Source: Raillietiella orientalis (Eukaryota). Taken from it: a stretch of 64,000 nucleotides of DNA. The notes under the pieces are model-generated. The model saw nothing but the letters and a program-made list of their open reading frames with translations, did no database searches and was not told where the DNA came from. The DNA lies in contig JAYWIR010000032.1 of the NCBI GenBank assembly GCA_036172245.1, forward strand, positions 1,860,001 to 1,924,000, given 5' to 3'. The position numbers and the translations under genes were made by a program. Of the stretch, positions 13,089 through 25,153 are shown piece by piece. Within the stretch, counting starts at the first letter, position 1; every line of letters starts with the position of its first letter.

Positions 13089-13540
13089 ATGCCGGGAATC
13101 GTCTCTCGCCATCGTCTGAGGATCGCCTATTGGAACATCAACGGACTACGCGACGATGACAAGAGACGTGACGCAGTCGCCACCCTACATTTCTTCGACC
13201 TCGTGCTTCTGCAGGAGATACACGTCATCTCCGCAGCATAAGCGCAGGAGATCAAACGGATCTCCACTTGTGAAGACGGTCAATCCAGTAGGGTCGCTTA
13301 CCTGCTTCAGCCAGCCATCAATGCTGCCGTCCGGGACGTGCGGTTCGACGATTGTTCGATGTCATTGGATTAGGTCACCGGGTCAAGTCGACCAGCTGAC
13401 TCTTAGGCGGTCCGACTCCATCGGCCTGATCGCCTTCACTAACCTTTAGGCTCCGAATGGTACCCACGCGCGGACTGCAAGAAGAGCATTCTTCCTTGCC
13501 CTGAAGCCCGAATGGCTATCTGAAGCGGACGTGCGCAAAG
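13089..13540 (+). mobile_element. LINE ORF2 N-terminal APE endonuclease domain, decayed
   Basis: MPGIVSRHRLRIAYWNINGLRDDDKRR...DLVLLQEIH matches the WN..GL and D...LQE.H motifs; later NL*APN (N.YAP motif); stop at 13239-13241. Preceded by a low-complexity ORF1-tail-like segment at 12467-13080. Confidence 0.85.
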
Positions 13541-15075
13541 CTCATCTGGTGTCAGGTGAGCCGGACACTGAACGAGACCTGATTAACGAGGTGTGCGCGT
13601 AGATGCACACGCTCAACGTATTGACCGGAGATCCGGCAATGGCAACCATCATCGACCAAGTTTTCCCTGACCAGCACCTGTGCTCCCGTGTGGGTAGGTG
13701 AGGCAAGGTACCGTCGAGGCTGTCAGACCATTCCCGGATCGAGCTCGAGATCCATCCACGCAACAGGGTTTCACCTTCGCATGCGTGGCGTCTCCCAGGG
13801 GACCGGGTGAACCTCCCGGGAGCCACGGAACACCTCTGCGTGTTCTTACGGGATTTCAGGTTGTAGACTCTAAAGAACTGAGACCGCTTCATATGCTCGG
13901 TTCGAGAATTCTGCCAACAAATCTCCCAGGACAGCCTACTTGCGGGCTTCAGAGTTGCCACCCGGTCACGCCGTGGCGTTTATTATAAATCTCATCTATA
14001 CATTCGGGGTACAAGGCCCCACTACGGCCAACACAACATCGGACGGACGGGAGGGAATCCCGTTCCCTGCACCTGCTGCAATCCGGGCTCACCCTCCCCA
14101 GCATTCAGTGATGCCGGCGTGCATTGTAGAGCAGTTGACCCCAGTGCAACACCAGCAGCGCTGACTCCTGTCACTTCAGGGGGAGTGGTCGTGTTTCTTA
14201 GCACTGGGGGCCATTCCTGGTCATCTGCTGGAATGCGGAGCAGCTCGCCCCAGCGCTGTAGTCCGTGCGGAATGGCACTCAGGATCGCAGCGTCCGTCAG
14301 CTGACCCATGGTCCAACCGCTCAGCTTCCAATCTCTGCCTGCGATCCGGGTGGTAACCTGCCACCTCGATGTCCTGCTGCTGTTGAGTGCCCTACTCAGG
14401 AAGGGCAGCGCCATAGTGAAGAGGGTCGTCTCAGCCCACGTGCTCCTAGCGGGACACTCCAACACCTTCAGCAGCGAGCAGCGGGCGCAGTTGCTGAATC
14501 GCAGGCAGTTCCACATTGCGCTGGCTAATTGGTTCATCTTTGCCCACGTGCCAATTGTTTCCTCTAGCCAGACGCTGGAGTTGGCGGGACTGCAGACCAT
14601 CCACCCGTTCTCCTTGGCCAGTGTGGCCATGCGTCCGAGGAGGAGACCGCATCTTTGAATGGAGACAGCCGGGACACAGAAGATGGGATGCCGGCCCTTC
14701 CATTCCTGATACACGGCGGGCGAGGAGACGAGCGAACACGCACCGAGGAGTGCTCCAGTACTTGGATGCGATGGCCAAGGTTCGCCATCGCAGCTGCCTC
14801 TCTATGCAGGCTTCGAAGAGGGTGTCCGTAATGAGCGGGCGTACCTGTGAGCCTGCCGCTACAACAGCACACCCAACATCCGGAAGCTGGTTTAATTCAA
14901 AGTGGGAGCTGAGAGACTAGCTTGGCAATCCGAGTTGGCCAGCTTGCTGGACGACGAGGGCCGGGAGCACTCTGCCCATGCACCCGTAAGAGGCATAGTC
15001 CCCAAGTTCTTCTCCTCCCTGTAGGCGAGAGCACCTCCTGAGAGGGATTTCTCAAGATTCCTGCTCCCAAAAGGT
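13540..15075 (-). mobile_element. L1/Tx1-like ORF2 C-terminal portion in inverted orientation
   Basis: Minus-strand ATLAKENGWMVCSPANSSVWL...WTMGQLTDAAI is homologous to ATLARKNGWILCCSANGSAWL...WTTGQITDIAI at 15720-16100 (+); followed by an ALLVLHW...CSRC zinc-binding region. Confidence 0.7.
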
Positions 15076-16370
15076 GCTCCAGAGATCTGGGAGGAGCGCA
15101 GGACAAGCCTCGACGAACTCTTCTCGGCCGGTGAGACCATTATCGCGATCAGGAAGCTCAAGAGGCGTTAAGGCTCCAGGCGAGAACGGCCTGCCGGCGG
15201 AGTTTTTCCGATGCTTCGCGGCAGAGCTGACTCCCCGGGAACATCAATTGACCTAGCTGATATGCGAAATAGGAGACGTTCTCGCCTCGTCTCTCTCAGC
15301 AAAGGTACGTATACTCCCCAAAGAAAAAGATCTACAGAGCATCAGCAGATGGCGTCCGATTACCGTGCTGAACGCGGCCGCCAGGTTGCTTGCGAAATTA
15401 TAGGTCGAGCGTCTTGGACGGGTGGCGGAAAGCTTCATCAGCCCGGAGAAGTCTTACGCTATTCCCGGGCGAAGCATGGATGCCAACCTGTTTTACGCAA
15501 GCACCTGGTTCGCACTCCAACAGGAAAGGGAGATGATGGGCAGCAGGAATTTCGGATCGTCCGTCGGCCAGGGGTGAAAAGGTCGGGCGGTAGTGGGAGC
15601 CCTTGCTGTCGCAGTCGACCTGCACAAGGCATTGGACTTCTTTGACCAGGAGCTTCTTCTGGAGCTGCTGGAACGCTTGGGCTTTTCGGCCACATTGCGG
15701 CCTGCACCCGCCTCAGGTGGCCACGCTGGCCAGGAAAAACGGATGGATCTTGTGCTGCTCCGCTAACGGAAGTGCCTGGCTGCAGCAAACCGTTTTCACA
15801 TGGGCGAGGATCTAGGAGCCAAGCGCGCAGCAGGTACGACATTTCCGGTATGCGCGTAACAACAACTACACTCTCCGGGAGATCCTGGAAGATCCCGCAA
15901 AGAGTGCGTAGGCAAACGGAACCTCCCTCGCCGCTGCTCTGCCCTCCCTCAGGGAATACATAGGCAGCAACCTGGCAGCTTGGTGGGAGTTTACTGTGGA
16001 AATCTGAAAGGACCGGATGAGTGGACGACGGGCCAGATCACCGACATTGCGATCCCGAGTGCTCGACTTCGCGGACTTTTGCTCTCGGGCATGCTACTGG
16101 ATATTGAGGATGAAGACTTGCAGTATCCCACAGTACTCATGAACACCTGCACCCTCTTCTTAAAGTGGCAGGAGTTGGCGTTGATGATGATGCACTGGGA
16201 CCTCCCGTGCAACACCCGCTGGTATCATTGGACATGGAGGGAGGAAATCGACCCAAGCTAGGTGCGGGGAGCGGAAATCTCTCCCGCACTTCCTAGAAAA
16301 CTGTGTTGCTCTCCAACCCCTTTGGAGACGCTTTGCTGCGACCCTTGGAACCCCAGGCGACAACGCCTGA
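15075..16370 (+). mobile_element. L1/Tx1-like ORF2: RT N-terminal half joined by an internal deletion to the C-terminal region
   Basis: KAPGENGLPAEFF (about 15170-15210), WRPITVLN (about 15350), AVDLHKA (about 15610); then jumps to WQELALMMMHWDLPCNTR (zf-RVT-like). No QG/YADD motifs seen in between. Confidence 0.85.
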
Positions 16371-16374
16371 GACG

Positions 16375-16480
16375 CACCCATTCTTCGGCGTCGGTCCTTC
16401 CCAAGCGAGATTCGAACCTGCGACGCTTGTCACGCCACGCGCGGAGACGGCAGACAGTGGGGCGGCATCTTACGAAGGAA
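16375..16480 (-). mobile_element. tRNA-derived SINE-like head, copy J
   Basis: Minus strand GCAGGTTCGAATCTC...AAGGACCGACGCCGAAGAATGGG matches the copy A head/body junction. Confidence 0.6.
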
Positions 16481-17479
16481 GACTGTGCATCCTGCAGAAA
16501 TAAATAAGCGACGTAGCCAGTTCAACTACAAGTACCTGTGAGAGCGTTTTAGATAGAATTTGGACCTGGCTACCTACACAGTCCAGTCTACAAGTTTTTT
16601 AAAGCACTCAGCACTTCGTCTATCCGACTGCTTTCTGTAGTCCCAGCTGCTGGTTGACTCCCAGTTGCTGAACTCAGGTTGACGATCAGCTGCTCACCTT
16701 TGCAGCTGCACGTTTCCTCTGTAGACTCCCAATGGGATGAATGTGGAGCGTGCATGCGTGTGTGTACACTATATATATAGTCTTTTCAAGGGATTGTTTA
16801 CTGGAAGCAACCATAAGTCTTGGTGTATCCGCAAGACCTACCGAGAGCTATACACTGACACAGGAAAGCAGCTGTCCTTTTTGACAAGAAAAAAAAAAAA
16901 ATCCACAAACGTCAGGGTTACTTGATTTCTTCATGTTTACGATATGTAGGATCAGAACTCCTCCTTCACACTGGAAAACCCTGACTATGCAGTGACGTAA
17001 TGGTTTTCTTCGTGTTTCAGCCTCCACTTTCTTAAATCTTCATTTTGCAGAGCGGGTAGTGTAGTAAATCTTCCGTCAGCTGTTTCCCAGACGTTTCGCG
17101 CGATGCCTTCAGCTGTCAATCATATTTCTTCAAGCACGATTTTCCTTCTTTCCATTACAGAAGTTCCTAAAAGAAGGAATGTGCGTGTGGCGAGGTACGT
17201 CTAGACGAGAAAGCTACACATAGGAGCAAAACCACCTACCTCTCAGCTGTCTCGGTAGTTCTTTCGACCTTCTTCTAGAATCTGTTACCTGCTGTGTGCA
17301 GTCTCCATCTTTGTCTTACGTCGAGAAGTGGAAACGTGCGTTTCGGTCTCTGCCGCAGGCTCTGTAGAATGCGTGCTGTGTGTCCTGGACATTCTTCCTC
17401 AGTTCATCCCCTGCTCATCTGGGGCTCTCGTCGCCCATCATCATGTTGCTTCCTCCGCTTCCTGTCCTCCATATGGTAA

Positions 17480-17770
17480 GAGCTGACCGCTGAGGTTGGT
17501 TGTCGCCTTTCCGTGTAACGTGGACTGCATGAATATCGCTGGGGTACCGGATGTATGAAGCCACCATCCGGTGCCTCAGCGTCACCAAGTGCTTCTTCGG
17601 AATTCCCAGATCTGGCAGTACTTCTTCATTTCCTGGATCCCAGGTTCCCAGAGAGCCAAGAATCAATGCATGCACCTTGCATTGCTTCCCCTCTCTTCCC
17701 AGATGTAGGGCTACCTCCTTGTATTTTCCTTCTTTGGTTCTTCTGGCTGTGCTGAACACTTCTCTTCCAG
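17480..17770 (-). mobile_element. NeSL/Utopia-type non-LTR retrotransposon C-terminal restriction-like endonuclease fragment
   Basis: FSTARRTKEGKYKEVALHLGREGKQCKVHALILGSLGTWDPGNEEVLPDLGIPKKHLVTLRHRMVASYIRYPSDIH matches the K..KY..L...G....ALIVG.LG.W...N..VL..LGI...MV...IR.S.DI pattern of RLE elements. Confidence 0.75.
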
Positions 17771-19794
17771 TGTTTGTGTGTTTGATAAAATGCAAAAAGA
17801 GCGTAGGTGATGCAGTCACTGCCTCTAGAAAATCAATAAGGGAGGAAAAGTGATGTAAAATAATTCTTGGGGTGTACCCATATGTCTCAGGGAAACTCCA
17901 CTCGTCAACCAAAGCCAAGATTTGTTGCTGAGGATCAGATTCGTTCTCTCATGCTACACTGTAAAAACGTAATCACAAAATTTTAGATCGGAATACCAAA
18001 CACGTCTGTGTTCGAGAGACAAAAATAAAATGTGTTTAGGACAAAGGTCTCATGAGATCTGAGTGTTGAACAGTGTTGAAAAGGTAATGTAACAAAACCA
18101 TCCGGAAACGTAACTTTCCTTCTGGAACGCACCAAATGGCGCTTTCTATTCCTGACAGCCGTCACCCACTATAGAAAACGATATGGTGTCCAGACGTCCA
18201 TTATCTGGAAGACCACCTCTCTGGTGATCATCTAGTATCCAAGTATGGTGGTCTGGGAATTCCGAAGTGAGGAGCGTGCAAGCCGGCGAGCTGTACGGAA
18301 CACCAGACTACTCTGAAGGAGAGGTTTCAAAAACACACTTTGACGCAGGAGCAACTTTCCATATGCCTCGTAAAAACTTGGAACACTGGTGCTGCTGTTC
18401 GGCAAGTAGTGAAGACCTTCTTTTCCTCGGAAGGCGTGGTAAAGGCCCAGTCCGAGCTCGCCGTAACCAAGGGCATTTGCAAATGGTAATTTAAGGAACA
18501 CCAAAATAATAACAGAAGAAGGAACATTGGGTTCACAGGTTGCGTTGAAAGCCGAGTTGCGCGAGCCTTTCCGAGACCCTCACATGATACCTTCATGCAA
18601 AAGGTCACACATTTGACTTCTAAAGGTCTTGGAAAGCATGCAGCTAATGCGCATAGCGCTGACGAAAAAATTCTGGTAGGAGACTTTCCTAAGACCAAGA
18701 CGTAGCTCTTGCCAAATTCTTTGGATAGAGCTGCAAGCTTGTGCTACTGAGGAATGATGTGGAGGTTGAAACATGCTAAAGTATGGTCTGAAATTTTCGA
18801 AACTTCTCTGCCTTTCTACAGCTCTGGGAATGCGCTTGAAAGTGTTTGACTGCTGTATGTATTGATTGCTCTTTATTCATATTTTTTCTTGGTCTTTTGT
18901 CCTTGTATTCTTTCCAGATTGGCTCAAACTAGACTTCCCGTTTAGAGAGATACATCAGCACTCACAGAACCTCAAGATACACATCAGAACCTCAAGACAC
19001 AAATGAAAGATGCCGTTTCTTGTTTCATTGCCAAGGGGCAACGGTGAGCAAGGTATACCACAGCTCAGAATTCAACGGCTCATGATGTACCTCATATCTA
19101 TAGAAGAGTTCACAAGATGATGACGATGAACACGACTCATCTGGAAATGGAAAGTTTTGAAGAGGCAGTCATTTCACTGGTCGAGCATGACGTACTCTTC
19201 ACAGAGGTCACAGCCAACAACATTTGCTTCATTCTATCTGAAGTTTACTCAGTTAGGCTACCTTGGAAGTGAACTGGTAGAATAGATTGAACTGGTAGAT
19301 TTTTTCTTAAACAATACGATGGTGAAAAATCCTATTTTTTTGTCTTTTCTTTCAGTTCATCAAACTTCTGCCGGCATTAGTGATTGGCTCGAGATCTGAG
19401 CGCCAAATTTGCAAGGCGAATGAATTCGGCACGCATCTCTGGGGTGCCGCACCAGTGATGCGTGACAGTGTTTCTTGCTCGTCACGTGGAGCTTTCCAGG
19501 AATTCTGAAGGGACTCATCGAATAAGAGCGTAATCCGTGATGGCTGAGCATCTTGTGACTCCAGGTGGCTCCATTTCGCATGTGCTGCAGGAATGCGCAT
19601 CGCAGAGATACCTCACGCTGCCTCACGAAACCTGATCGAAGAAATGACCACCTCTCCAGGCTGAAGATTACCTGCTACGAGTGAACAACGCTGAGCTCCG
19701 AAATGGAGAGTGTGGCCGTCGTCCAGGCGCCTGGGTGAGCAAGACGTTGAAGTGGTCCGATCCAGGGAGTGAGTCACGAGGGCTACCTTCGAAC

Positions 19795-19890
19795 AATTCC
19801 CCTTTTTCTTTCTTCCTCCCTTCCTCCCCCTCTTCATCTTTTCCTCCACTTCCTCCTTTCTCCTTCCTTCTTCCTCCTCTTCCTTCCAGA
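19795..19890. repeat. Polypyrimidine (CT/CCT) low-complexity tract
   Basis: Directly visible C/T-rich tract. Confidence 0.7.
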
Positions 19891-22800
19891 GGCATCCAAC
19901 CTCCTAAAGTTCCCAGAAGCATCTAACCTCACGCTGGTCTGCTACCCATCTCACTCTTTCCCTGCCCATTTATTTATTCTCTCTACTCCCACCTAATTCT
20001 GTCCCCAGAGAGGACAGTCCCTTTGGATAAGGGTGACACATGTCGGCATCTCATTGCACTTGGTTGACTTATCTTAAGAGAATGGCTCGGCCATCCATGA
20101 TGGGAAAGTCACCCTGGAGATTTCACTGTAACTGGAAACAATGAGCCTAGAAAAAATAAAATAAAATAAAATAGAAGGATGCTGTTTCGGAGACTGTTTC
20201 CTGCCAAAGTCTGAAGAATTCTGAGCCATCTGGCAAGAAGCTAGCTGCTTTGCCTCCGAGGTCCGCCCAGGATAAGGAGCGGCAGGGATGCCAAGTAGAA
20301 AAATAAAACACACACACACACAGTTTTTCATGTAGCAGGACAAGGAAGGAAAGGTCATCGATAGTGACCAGGGCTCCTCTGAATTCTATGCAGCAAGATG
20401 CTAGCAAGTTTCGCTCTCGGATCCACTCTGCTTGAATATCTTAAGAGCAGCTGACTCCTCGTTGCTTAGAGAGGCGTTCTGGCAACGCTCAATTTTTGTA
20501 TCGAGATCAGACAAGAAGTATCTTCCTCGAGGCAAGGAAATAGGTGAACCATTGGATCCCATGCTGCGTGAGCCGAGGAAGAACGGTTACCACCGTGACG
20601 AGTTACATGCTTGAGAAACAAGATCTTGCGCTTGATGCACTCTGTGGCTTGGCTGATTGACATGTGGCCTAGTTCAAAAATGAATGCCGCCAAGCAGTGT
20701 AACCAGGGAACCTTTCCATTTTCAAGCACTATCACCGGAAAGGAAAGGCACCTTCTCTCTAGAAATAGGGCTAACGGTGGCGTCATAGCTGAAACGAATC
20801 GGTCAGGTTCTCTTGCTGAGGTCACGAGCAGCGCATCCGTAAATCCTGTCATTTAGATTCAAACTTTTCTGTGAATATGGCTAGTGGCTAATAGGAATTC
20901 TTGCCAGACGAGATGGAGTCGAAGAAGTTCTGATGAGACTTCTCTTGTCGAGGTTGTAATAGTTGTGGTCCACATGAGTGCATGATTCTGTTGCTCGAGA
21001 GAACAAATGTTCCAGTAGCAGAACAGGGTGGACCAAGAGATGCAATTGTACAACGCAAAATTCGATTGGAATAGAGAGAAAACTTGACCCAGAGTATTGA
21101 ACAGCTGCGCACGTTCTAACTGAAGGAAAAACGGCCTTCCCTTGTAGAGATGCAATCAGGACCAGGAAAGGTCTTGTCATGTGGCTGTTCAGAATCGTGC
21201 TTCAGTCTCTTTTCATCCACTCTTCCATCCAATAGCGTGTGCTGAATGCCCACCAGGGATTCTTCGCCGTGTATGTGAGAAGGTGTCCCTTCATAACATC
21301 CTCAGCCACTGTTAAGGCTAATCAATCCTCATCAGTAGACACAACAATCTCGTACCCTCGATCAATAGGGCTATTCAGATAAATTGGGAGCTGATAGCCA
21401 CCCACAGGCTAATACTCAAAGCTCCAACACGACTTGGTGTTTTAAAGAGGGACATCAGTAGTCACATCTAAGGTCGCCTGTACTTTAAAGAACTCGACAT
21501 CAGCATGACTTCCCCTTTAAAGGAATTCCAGTATCAGCACGAAAAGTCGTTACAGAATCGTTGAGGGCTGGAACGCCACGAACGCCGGAGGGCCCTAAAA
21601 GATGTGAACATTCCTAAGAGAGACAAGCAGACGAACTCAGAATGCAGATGGCATGTCCTATAATCCAGAACTCTACATATACTGGATGCGTTAGTAGGGC
21701 CACCAATCGCGATGAGTGGTCTCCAGGAAAACAGCCACGTTCACAGGAAGGAACAGATGGATAACCATACCATGCTGCAGAGATGCAGACATTATCGATT
21801 TCTTGGGTCTCCATCAACTATGCAAAAAACGGTGAAGTCAGGTTCCGTATTTGATCCAATGCAGGGATCATTGTTCAAAGATTATTCACTCCAGATATCG
21901 TAGAAATTCAAATACTCAATACAGGAAATTCAAGGTAGTTAAGAAAAGAAGTTTGAAGCACTCAACAAGGGAAATTCGAAGCACTTTAGAAAGGAAATTT
22001 GAAGTACTTAAGAGACAAAAAGGGTTGCTCGTGGAGAGAATTAAGAGGAAGACCCATTCCAAAGCACTCTGAGGTAGGAGCTGCAACGTAAGTACTAAGT
22101 TGTATTCACAGAATTTAAAAATTGGATTTCTAATGCAAAGCAGCTGGCAAGATTGCTTCAAAGTCTAGAAAAACACCTTCACTCGAGCTCCACAAGAGAA
22201 GTTATGCAGACATCACTTGAAGAAAGGAAGACAAAGCAAGGAGCCGGTTGCTGTGTCTCTTAGAGAAAGGAGGCAACTGCTTTTGAAAGAAGAGGCACCT
22301 AATTCTCGAGAACAGCGATGCTTTACATTGAAGCCTTCTTCTGGAAATCTTTAAACAAGTCAATCTATCACGATGGATCGTCTGGAAATGCAAGTCAAGT
22401 GACATTGTAGGAGCACGTCCACAATCTTAAGCAAGTAGCATTTCCAATATTTCCGGCGCCTTGACACACGACAGCAAATAGCAAATATAGTAGATTATTT
22501 TTCTCTAGAACGTCCATGCTACTTCTATTAGGACTACTGCCATCGCAACCAGGTGCGGATGCTGCTTTTGAAGGCAGCCCTCTGGGCTCCCTTTTGTGCA
22601 AGCCGCGCAAAGTGCGTGCTCTCGACAGGCAGGAAACGTCGCAAAAGAAAGCAAAAAGCACTTCGTGTGTGTCTCCTCTCATCGTTTCCGCATCCGCTCT
22701 GGACTCTCTCGAGCTTTTATCGACAGCTGATTTTTCTCATGACGCGGGTTTTCCCGTCGAAGCGGCAAACCCGAACACCAGATGTGGAGAAAAACAGTCC

Positions 22801-22929
22801 AACTCAACAACTGGAATCAATGTCCACGGGCTTTCTGAATTTGGATTAGTGGTTGGCTTTCTGGTTCGGCTTTCCGAGAATAGCATAGAAATCTAGCCAA
22901 CTGGCTCGACGCGTGCCCTGGAAGATGTC

Positions 22930-23620
22930 CGGAGAACCAACACTCCAGCCGCCATCACTGGTTCGATGGGTTTCAACGCTGGAGCATCCAGATTCAATTT
23001 CCTCAGAGCATAATCGCTACACGGTTCCCATGAACCCAAGACACTGACCACGGTCGCATCTACGACCACCACAGGGAGTGTCTCTCCGTAGACACTGCGG
23101 AGCATATCTGGTTTGCTCCTGTTTCATTTACAATGGATTTTTCTAAAACATGGCAATGAGGACGTGCAAGAAAGCTATGGAGAGAGAATTTTCCTTAGCT
23201 CCACAGCATCCGGAATCCTGCGGGAGAGGTTGTTGTTCTCAAAGAGCTGCTGACCACTCAACCTATGCATCCAGCACGTGCCGCAAGTGTTGTGTTTTCT
23301 GAACGTGCGACTTCCTCGGACTAGAGGATTTCTGGTTGGAGTCTCGAGTTTGACCTGATTAGATGCTTTCGTGCCCGTTCCTGCGGATGTACAATCTGGC
23401 TGCATCCTGATTTGAACTTTATCAGAGCACGGCACCCTCATGACCTGCCAATGAGAAATGTGCCATCACGGCTTCTGCATGGAAATCTAAGATTTTCCAA
23501 ATGACAAAACAGTGTCGAAAGGTCTTCTTTCTCGAGGAATGAAGCCAACGTGCCTTACGTCCAAAAGTTATCGGAGCTGGGATTTTGAGCACTTTCACCG
23601 CCTTCATGTTCACGTTTCCT
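22930..23620 (-). mobile_element. Decayed R2/NeSL-like element C-terminus (CCHC + RLE remnants)
   Basis: Across frames: ETPTRNPLVRG (LPTR...RG-like), HLRHVLDA, KPDMLR...VVVDATVVSVLGSWEPCSDYALRKLNL. Confidence 0.4.
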
Positions 23621-25153
23621 CCATTTTCGTGTTCTGCTCATATGATTTTATCAGATCGTTCCTTCTTGGACGTCGATGTTTTAGATGATTCCTTCATAGG
23701 GAGGTCCTATTGGTCCAACAAATATCGCGAAACCACTGGATGTTGAGGGTAACCATAAAGCATCTCCTTTCCTGATCAACAACTTTCGTGATCTCCAATT
23801 CATCCTGGCGACCAAAAGGCAATTCCTTAGCCCTCGAAGGTTTACATAAAACAACCTCTCTTTAAAGGTGATTCAATAAAAAAAAATCATCCACGTGATC
23901 AGTATGCCAATACCACCAAACATCTCTTACTTTTAACATCTAGGATCCCTTGTGGGAATTCTTCCCGTCATCTTATTAATCTCAGGTGTCATGATCTCTC
24001 TACACCACGCCCTTACACCATTGAAGCCTTCATATCCATCATCAGTCTCGTGCACAACACTCGCAACATTTGACTCTCACGATGTATCCACACCAACAGC
24101 ATCTCCTTATTCTTCATAGGATCTCAGAGGACCAACTGTTAGGGCTCGGATGAACATTCACATTCACTCGGATGAACCTGAGCATTCGAGACGGGAGTTA
24201 GGCAGAGAGAATCTGCATTTGGCTCTTTTTTTTTTTTTTCAAGCACTTCTAAGAGCTTCAGGCTACTTTGCAAGGAGTAGGCAACGTCCAGGATGCCTTC
24301 TCCTTCGTTCGGGCAGCACGATATCTTTACCAAAACCGAGAGTGCTACTGCAAAAGCATCACTTCTCAGCTCCCTTCCATTGCCGTTTTTAATTAGTGCA
24401 GCAGTTTGCTGAGGAAGTTGCCTGCAAACACCAACGCATGAGGCAACGTCTCATCCCTCGCTCCATGCGATCTCATCCCTTCGTGCTCTATGCGGTTCCC
24501 TTGAAAGCAAAAACGAGACGTCCATCCGATCCGGCTAACCAGTACTCCACCACGCTTCGGCTGAGAAAGGAGCGACACTACACGCCTTGCAGACGCCACT
24601 CTTCATTTCCTCTTCCGCGTCAATTTTAGACCCGGGGAAAAGCCCCTTATCATTTCGAGGGTTCACAATCGCACTTGTTCCCAGCTGTAAGAATGCTGCT
24701 TTTGCATTCTCCCAGAGACTCCCCTTTCTGCTTACCTCAGCTAAAAAACGTCTCCTGCTTGGGGATTGCTGACGTTCCCTCCATCGAAGACCCGTGTTCC
24801 TTTCTGCCGAGCTCCCTCAAGAGGTCGCGAGGGAATTCTTCTTTCGAGAAGAGATGCAGGCTTCATTGATTCGAGAAAGGCGCCCGTCAGCACGCCACAA
24901 TGTGATTCGACGTGTATGTGTGCTCGCGTACGCTCACGCAATTCAAAGTCTGATCTCCCACCTGGACGCGCCCTCGAGTGGTCAGCGATTTCCCTAAAAT
25001 TGGACAACATTGCCTCCGTTTCGTCTAACCTCCGCGTCCTCGTGAAGGGAGCATCGGAGTTCCCACGGAAACAGGGCTGAGAACGCCTTTCCTTCTCCGA
25101 AAGCACTACATGTAAGCGAATATTCCCGTTTCCCTATCCCACGCTACTTGACC

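Noticed and set aside
20925..20960. Hammerhead-ribozyme-like CTGATGA-GAC-loop-GTC-GAG
   Set aside because: Lacks the GAAA core, and I could not build convincing stems I and III.
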